This document shows positions 58,453 to 64,000 of a DNA stretch of 64,000 nt, piece by piece. Within the stretch, counting starts at the first letter, position 1; each line of letters begins with the position of its first letter. Made by a program: the position numbers and the translations under genes. Under the pieces are notes generated by a model. That model had not been told where the DNA came from, made no database searches, and saw only the letters and a list, made by a program, of their open reading frames with translations. Source of the DNA: an uncultured Armatimonadetes bacterium (GTDB lineage: Bacteria > Armatimonadota > Hebobacteria > Hebobacterales > Hebobacteraceae); NCBI GenBank assembly GCA_963716175.1, contig OY970296.1:3840001-3904000 (forward strand), read 5' to 3'.

Positions 58453-59563
58453 TCAGTCGAGGCTGCGAGCGACGCGCGTCAGCTCCTCTGCAGTGAGGTT
58501 GCCCACCACGGTCACCACCCGCTCCTTGCCGCGATAGCGAAGGGCCTTCTCCCCACCCCGATCAACCAGCGTCATTCTCGTCATGGCCTGCAGGCCCGAA
58601 TCCCCGGCCCTCCCGCCGCTCTCCTCGTCCCCGGCCCCCGCTCTCACCTCCTCGCCCCCGGCCCTCTCTTCCGGCTCCTCGTCCCCGGCCCTCTCTCTCG
58701 CCTCCTTGCCCCCACCGGTGGGACCCGCCCTTCTCCCCTTCTTCGCCGCCCTCTCTTCCCCTCAGATGCTGCGAGACGCTCAGCACGCGCAGCCCGTCGG
58801 TGTAACGCAACTCGGCCGTGGGCTGGCTCCGGCGGCCGCGGAGTGAGAGATAGCCCCCCTGAAGCACGTAGCCCGGAGGCAGATAGCGCGGCAAGACCAC
58901 CGGAAAGCCGACCCGACGGCTGAGCTCGGGCAGGCTGAGGGCTGCGCCTCCGCCGTCCAGGTCCACGGTCTTCCATCCCGAGGGAATGGAGAACGTGTCA
59001 GGAGCAACTGGCGCGCCGAAGGTGACCTGGAGGTACTCGGTGCCGGAAGTAAGCCGGCCCTCGACATCGTAGCGCTCTCGCTTCAGCGCGAAGCTCGTCT
59101 CTCCGTCGAGCCAAAGCCGCAGCGCTACCGGCCCACGGCCTCGCGGCGAAACCTCTATCACCCGGGTCGGCCGGCCCGCGACCCGGGCTTCGCCGGCCGC
59201 TCTGGCGGTGTAGTGCCGCTCCGCCAGCGCCCTATCCACCACCAATGCCGGCCTCGGCAGAACCACCGCCTCGCGCTCCCGAGGATTGAGCTGGATCAGC
59301 CTCTTGCCATCATCAATCAGCGACCACCGGCGCTGACCCACGCGGTAGTCGAACCGGATTTTCCCGTTCTCCGCGGTTACCTCCGCCACTGCCTCCCGCA
59401 CGCCCTCCCTCGTCATCATGCTGGTGCCGGCGCGACCCACAAGAGATATGCTCTGGCTGGCCGATTCGCTGTGCCAGATGTCACGCCAGGCGGGAGCGTC
59501 GGCGCGGCCAGGCGAGAGCGCGCCGAGCAGCAGCAGCATGAGCGCCGCGAGCCTGAGCTTCAT
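58453..59563 (-). CDS. MucB/RseB-family sigma-E regulatory protein (apparent frameshift near 58577)
   Basis: Signal peptide, VAGRPT, LWLD.ET...LK.E, YLPPGY, LRYTDGL..LSV; the C-terminus (VVGNLTAEELTRVARSL) is in an adjacent frame. Confidence 0.72.
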
Positions 59564-60039
59564 CAGCCGCCCTCCAACTCCGCGAGACGCAGGCCCACGG
59601 CCGCTTCGTCGGCGAGCGGCGCTGCCCACATCGCCGAGAGGTGAGCCTCCATGGTGGCCTGGAGGTCTTCATCCACCTCGGCGGTTACCACCATCGGAGG
59701 CGGGGCCGGCCGGTGAGATCGAACCACGAGCAGTCCCAGCACCGCCAAGACCAGGATCGCCAAGCTCACCGCCCACCGCCAAGTGGTGCGCCGTCGCGGC
59801 TCACGGTGCGGGCGCGGGTGGGCCAAGATCGCCTGCTGCACGGATGCCCAGGTCCCGGCCGGAGACTGGGCCGGTCCGACTCGCGCCAGCAGAGCGCCGG
59901 TCCGCTCCAGGGCCGCCAGTTCGGCGCGGCAGGACGGGCACTGCTTGAGATGGGCTTTGACCCGCCCCCTCGCTCGCGGGCGCAGACCTCCGACCAGGTA
60001 ATACGAAAGCTGATTGCGAATCCGATCACACTGCGGCAT
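59563..60039 (-). CDS. Zinc-finger (zf-HC2) transmembrane anti-sigma factor
   Basis: C...LS.Y...L......V.AHL..CPSC and one TM helix. Confidence 0.85.
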   Translation of the reverse strand: MPQCDRIRNQLSYYLVGGLRPRARGRVKAHLKQCPSCRAELAALERTGALLARVGPAQSPAGTWASVQQAILAHPRPHREPRRRTTWRWAVSLAILVLAVLGLLVVRSHRPAPPPMVVTAEVDEDLQATMEAHLSAMWAAPLADEAAVGLRLAELEGG

Positions 60040-60608
60040 CGGAATCCTCCACATAAGGACTCAGCAGTCTCCTCAACACCTCTCGCGCGGGCCAACCTGG
60101 ACATGATGGTCCCCGGCCTCACTCCCACCGCCTGGGCGATCTCCGCCACCGACATCTCCTCCAGATGATGCATGACCACGGCTGCGCGCTGTTCGGCCGG
60201 AAGCTGGTCCAGCGCCGCCCAGACCGCGGTGCGCAGGCCCTCGGTCACGGCCGCCTGCTCCGGCCCGGGGTTCAGCGACTGCGCCCAGGGCGGATCATCC
60301 GGCAAGTCGCTGGCCGCCACCTCCAGCCGCGCCCGGCCCGATTTCACCTCGTCCCTCACCAGATTGCCCGCGATCCGGTGGAGCCACGCCCGGAAGGCGC
60401 GCCCCTCTCTCAGACGAGGCAGCGACTCCCAAGCTCGCACAAAAGTCTGCTGGGCGAGGTCGGCCGCCAGGTCGGCCTGGCGCACCTGGCTGTAGATGAA
60501 GCTGTAGATCCCAGCCTGGTGGCGATGATACAAGGCCTCGAAGGCCCCGACGTCGCCTGCGCGCGCCCGGCCCACCAGGTCCGCCAAGTCACCACCATCC
60601 CTATTCAT
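60026..60608 (-). CDS. ECF RNA polymerase sigma factor (apparent frameshift near 60082)
   Basis: GD..AFE.LY, DLAQQTF.RAW, F.AWL.RIA.N, LP.EQR, EIA...G...GTI.SRLARAR; the natural end (VLRRLLSPYVEDSDAAV*) is in an adjacent frame. Confidence 0.85.
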
Positions 60609-60776
60609 AGGACGAGTCACCCGGAGCATTATTCCCATCCCTGCCGTGGTTCGGAGGCGAGGTGAGACAGGCCAGCCCGCCTAACGAACCCCCGGGCAGG
60701 AGGCCAGCTCCTGCCCAACGAAAAGCTCCTGCCCTGCGAATCACGGCCGGCGGAGGCGAGGGACATGGCACTGGAA

Positions 60777-60818
60777 GCTGTTTCACAACCTGCTCGTGTG
60801 AGCAGGTTGTGAAACAGC
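60777..60818. repeat. Perfect 19-bp inverted repeat in a divergent intergenic region
   Basis: gctgtttcacaacctgctc-gtgt-gagcaggttgtgaaacagc. Confidence 0.8.
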
Positions 60819-60888
60819 AGCGCAATAGCCCTGGCATCTGGAGGCGCATTTCCTGCCGGGGCGCGACCGAACCGGGAGGGATAGGATC

Positions 60889-61833
60889 ATGAAATGCGCT
60901 CTGGAGATTATCGCACAGGGCGAGGCTCTGGTCGAGGTCATGCGCACCCGGATTGACGATCCCCTCGACCGGCCCTCGGAGTTCGTGGGGCCTTTCCCCA
61001 GTGGCGCCCCGGCCATCTTCGCCGACGCTGCCGCGCGACTGGGCCACCGGGTGGGCTTCATCGGCGCGGTGGGAGATGATGATTTTGGCACCTGTCTGTT
61101 GGCGCGGCTGAGAGCGGACGGCGTTGATGTCACCCACTGCCCGCGGGTCGCAGACCGGGCCACGGGGGTGGCCTTCGTCACCTACTTCTCCGATGGCACT
61201 CGCCGTTTCCTCTATCACATCGCCCACGCCGCGGCGGGACAGATGCCGGCCCTGGATAGCAGCTACCTCAGCTCTGCAGGCTTCCTCCATATCTGCGGGT
61301 CGTCGCTCTCGGTGGGCGAGCGGATGCGCAACTCCTGCTATGAAGCGGCCGAGACCGTGAAGGCGGCGGGGGGACGCATCAGCTTCGACCCCAACCTGCG
61401 GCCGGAGCTCCTGGGCGGTGAGACGGCGCTGAGGCGAATCTGTGCACCGGTGCTGGAGGCGGCGTACGTGGTGCTGCCGAGCGGTGCCGAAGCAGAGCTG
61501 CTGTCAGGGGTGACCGGAGCGGAGGCGGCCTGTCGGGCGCTGCTGAAGCGGGGTCCGGAGGTGGTGGCGCTGAAGCGGGGAGCGCAGGGGTGCTCGATCT
61601 TCACGCCAGAGGGGAGCACCGACGTGCCGGCCTTCCAGGTGGAGGCGGTTGATCCCACTGGCGCGGGGGACTGCTTCGACGCGGGCTTCGTGGTGGGGCT
61701 GCTGGAGGGGCTGCCGCTGGAGGAAGTGGGACGCCTGGCCAATGCCTGCGGCGCGCTGGGGGCGACGGCGAAAGGACCCATGGAGGGGGCGTTTCCGCGG
61801 GAGCTGGTGGAAGAGTTCATGCGGCGCGGCTAG
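60889..61833 (+). CDS. PfkB family sugar kinase
   Basis: SGAPA, G.VGDDDFG, SFDPNLR, LKRG..G, DPTGAGDCF, ANACGA. Confidence 0.9.
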   Translation: MKCALEIIAQGEALVEVMRTRIDDPLDRPSEFVGPFPSGAPAIFADAAARLGHRVGFIGAVGDDDFGTCLLARLRADGVDVTHCPRVADRATGVAFVTYFSDGTRRFLYHIAHAAAGQMPALDSSYLSSAGFLHICGSSLSVGERMRNSCYEAAETVKAAGGRISFDPNLRPELLGGETALRRICAPVLEAAYVVLPSGAEAELLSGVTGAEAACRALLKRGPEVVALKRGAQGCSIFTPEGSTDVPAFQVEAVDPTGAGDCFDAGFVVGLLEGLPLEEVGRLANACGALGATAKGPMEGAFPRELVEEFMRRG

Positions 61834-61935
61834 CAGGCCCCGCAAGCGAAACGCGAGGGGAGGCCATGGGAAGTGCCAGCCCCTGCCCAGCAAACGGTAG
61901 CACAGGCTCCCAGCCGGTCGCAGACCGGCATGCGA

Positions 61936-62570
61936 TCAGAAATCCGCGCGGTCGGTCCCGCGCAACATGCGCAGATGGTGGGTCTGGTTCATCCCGGTGA
62001 CGACCCATTGCCCGTGATCCAGCTCCAAGGTGCTTACCGAGGCCGTGTCCACCCGCACCCGCCAGAATCCCTCCTCCCCTATTCCCAGGGCAGCACACAG
62101 GACGAGCTTGCAGATCACTCGGTGCGATACCAGGGCGATGGTCGCCTCCAAGTGTCTCCCGACGATGTCCTCGACCGCCGCCCACGCTCGCTGCAGCACC
62201 GCTGCGAGCGACTCGCCGCCGGGCGCGGAGAACCGGGCCGGCTCGTTCACCCAGACCTGATACAGCTCGGCCCACTTGTCCTGCACCTCGGCCACGGCTC
62301 TGCCCTCCCACTCACCGAAGCTCATGTCCACCAGCCGGTCGTCAATCACCGGTGACAACCCCAGACTCTCGGCCAGAGGTCGCGCGGTCTCGCTCGCGGG
62401 AGCAGGGGGCTCGAGTAGACGGCAGCCGCCGAGGTCCCGGAAAGGCTGTAGGCGAGCAGTCGCGCCTGCTCCCGGCCCCTGGCGCTCAGTGGAATGTCCG
62501 CTCGCCCCCGAAAGATGAGCTCCCGGTTCCATTCGGTTTCGCCGTGGCGGATCAGCAGGATGGTGGTCAT
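61936..62570 (-). CDS. Histidine phosphatase (phosphoglycerate mutase family; apparent frameshift near 62399)
   Basis: LIRHGET.WN...G..D.PLS and YSSPL in one frame; ETA...FGEWEG, PGGES, VSH, N.T.HL in the next frame. Confidence 0.82.
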
Positions 62571-62607
62571 CGGTCTCTGGGCCGCGAGGGCGGGATGAAT
62601 CCCGCCC

Positions 62608-63999
62608 CTACGAGCCAAGATGAAAAGCGCGGCCGATGTACACTGCCATCTGGTCGCGGGTGACCTGGTCACCGGGCCGGTAGGTGTGGTCGGAGTAGCC
62701 CTGCACGATGGCGCGGGCGGGATCGGCGCAGTATTCGATGTACCGATAGGACCAGTAGCTGGCGGTGACATCGCTGAAAGTCGCGCCGCCCGACGGCTCC
62801 GGCACCTGGGCGTCGCCGCCGGCCACGGCGCGCGCGATGTAGACGGCCATGGTGCCCCGGTCCACCGCCAGGCCAGGCTGGTAGCTGCCATCCTCGAATC
62901 CCTGGACCACACCCTCTGCGAAGCAGTACTCGATGTACTGGAAGGCCCAGGAACCGACGGGGACATCGGTGAAGGTCGCGCTGCTAGGAGGTGCCGGCAC
63001 CTGAGCGTCTCCGCCGGCCAGGGCGCGGGCGATGTAAGCGGCCATCTGATCGCGGGTGACGGTGACAGTAGGCTGGTAGCTGCCATCCGGGTAGCCGGCG
63101 ACCACCTGGTGCGCGGCAGCGGCCTCGATCCAGGCCCAGGCCCAGTTGTCATTGGCGACATCAGTGAAAGTGCGCACTCCCACAGAGGCCTTGCTCAGCA
63201 TCTCCTGGGTCACCACGTTGTAGACGTCGCCGATCCGATACCTGGAGTAGGCCACCCGGTTGCCGGAGATATCGGGAATGCCATCCCAGGCGTTGCTTGC
63301 GCCAATGGGCACGGCCACCCCGGTGTCGAGGTCTCCCCAGAAGACAGCAGACGGGCCGGAGCGCAAGTCGGCCCACACCACTTCGCGGCCATCTATGCGC
63401 AGCCAGCCGCGACGAGTCGGGGGATCAGTGACCACCGCGGTCTCCACCCTGGTGGTCAGGTCCATGGCGTAGATGTCAACCGTCGACCCGGTGCCGTCAT
63501 CCCGGCGCAGATCCAGCCAGACCACGGTGTTGCCGGAGATGTCCGGGTAATAGTGGGCCCAGTTGTCGTCGGTGAGTTGGATCTCCGCCGGGTCCGGGTT
63601 GGGGCGGACCCCGGCCTCCTCCTTCCAGTTGGGCGTCCCGTTGCCGTCGCTATCCAGGGACAGGTCATAGGCGTAGATGTTGGGCGTGCCACTGCGCCAG
63701 TCCTCCCACACCACCCAGTGGCCCGAGATGCGGGGGTTGAGTTGAGACCCCGACGCGGTGCAGAGCGCATAGTTGGGAACCGTATTATTGGACCCCAACG
63801 GGTCGGTGAGGTCGGCGATGAAAATATCGGAGTTCTGGGAGGCAGCGCTCAGCACCGCGCGCTCGGGGTCGTTGCGATAGTCCTCCCATACCACCAGGGT
63901 GCCGTCCACCGCCGGCACCCAGCCCTCGAACGGAACAGTCGGGTCGTAGGTGACGCGCACTGGCGGAACTGCCGGAGTGGCGAAGCTGTAGGCGACGAT
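62608..63999 (-). CDS. Beta-propeller repeat surface protein with C-terminal SLH domains (5'-truncated by window edge)
   Basis: Repeats P.ISG..VVW.D.R...IY..DL, then three SLH repeats; the frame stays open to the window end. Confidence 0.82.
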   Translation of the reverse strand: MVAYSFATPAVPPVRVTYDPTVPFEGWVPAVDGTLVVWEDYRNDPERAVLSAASQNSDIFIADLTDPLGSNNTVPNYALCTASGSQLNPRISGHWVVWEDWRSGTPNIYAYDLSLDSDGNGTPNWKEEAGVRPNPDPAEIQLTDDNWAHYYPDISGNTVVWLDLRRDDGTGSTVDIYAMDLTTRVETAVVTDPPTRRGWLRIDGREVVWADLRSGPSAVFWGDLDTGVAVPIGASNAWDGIPDISGNRVAYSRYRIGDVYNVVTQEMLSKASVGVRTFTDVANDNWAWAWIEAAAAHQVVAGYPDGSYQPTVTVTRDQMAAYIARALAGGDAQVPAPPSSATFTDVPVGSWAFQYIEYCFAEGVVQGFEDGSYQPGLAVDRGTMAVYIARAVAGGDAQVPEPSGGATFSDVTASYWSYRYIEYCADPARAIVQGYSDHTYRPGDQVTRDQMAVYIGRAFHLGS

Positions 64000-64000
64000 C

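Overview
High-GC (by eye) bacterial chromosomal window, most likely from an anaerobe of the Armatimonadota or a similar diderm lineage. This is inferred from five SLH-anchored surface proteins, prepilin/H-X9-DG proteins and lnt. It carries housekeeping genes (dnaE, hisD, hisB, hslV, gltX, ftsEX, lnt, groESL), a group 3b [NiFe]-hydrogenase operon downstream of a ferritin/rubrerythrin-like/flavodiiron cluster with a Rex-like operator, an NrpR regulator facing a stand-alone FMN glutamate-synthase gene with a candidate operator, sugar-catabolic genes, two type II toxin-antitoxin pairs and an ECF sigma/anti-sigma/RseB module. The most unusual layer is several families of small palindromic elements: (i) a GxxExxY nuclease gene bracketed by 32-bp periodic inverted repeats and wedged between dnaE and hisD, with a related gene-less copy elsewhere; (ii) a 30-nt hairpin inserted in frame in hslV that resembles an intergenic hairpin; (iii) GTAG-type REP elements that supply stop codons to four genes; (iv) further repeated hairpins. 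Five genes show single frameshifts that are probably sequencing indels. No rRNA, tRNA, CRISPR array or transposase was recognised. All calls come from reading the sequence by eye, with no database searches.
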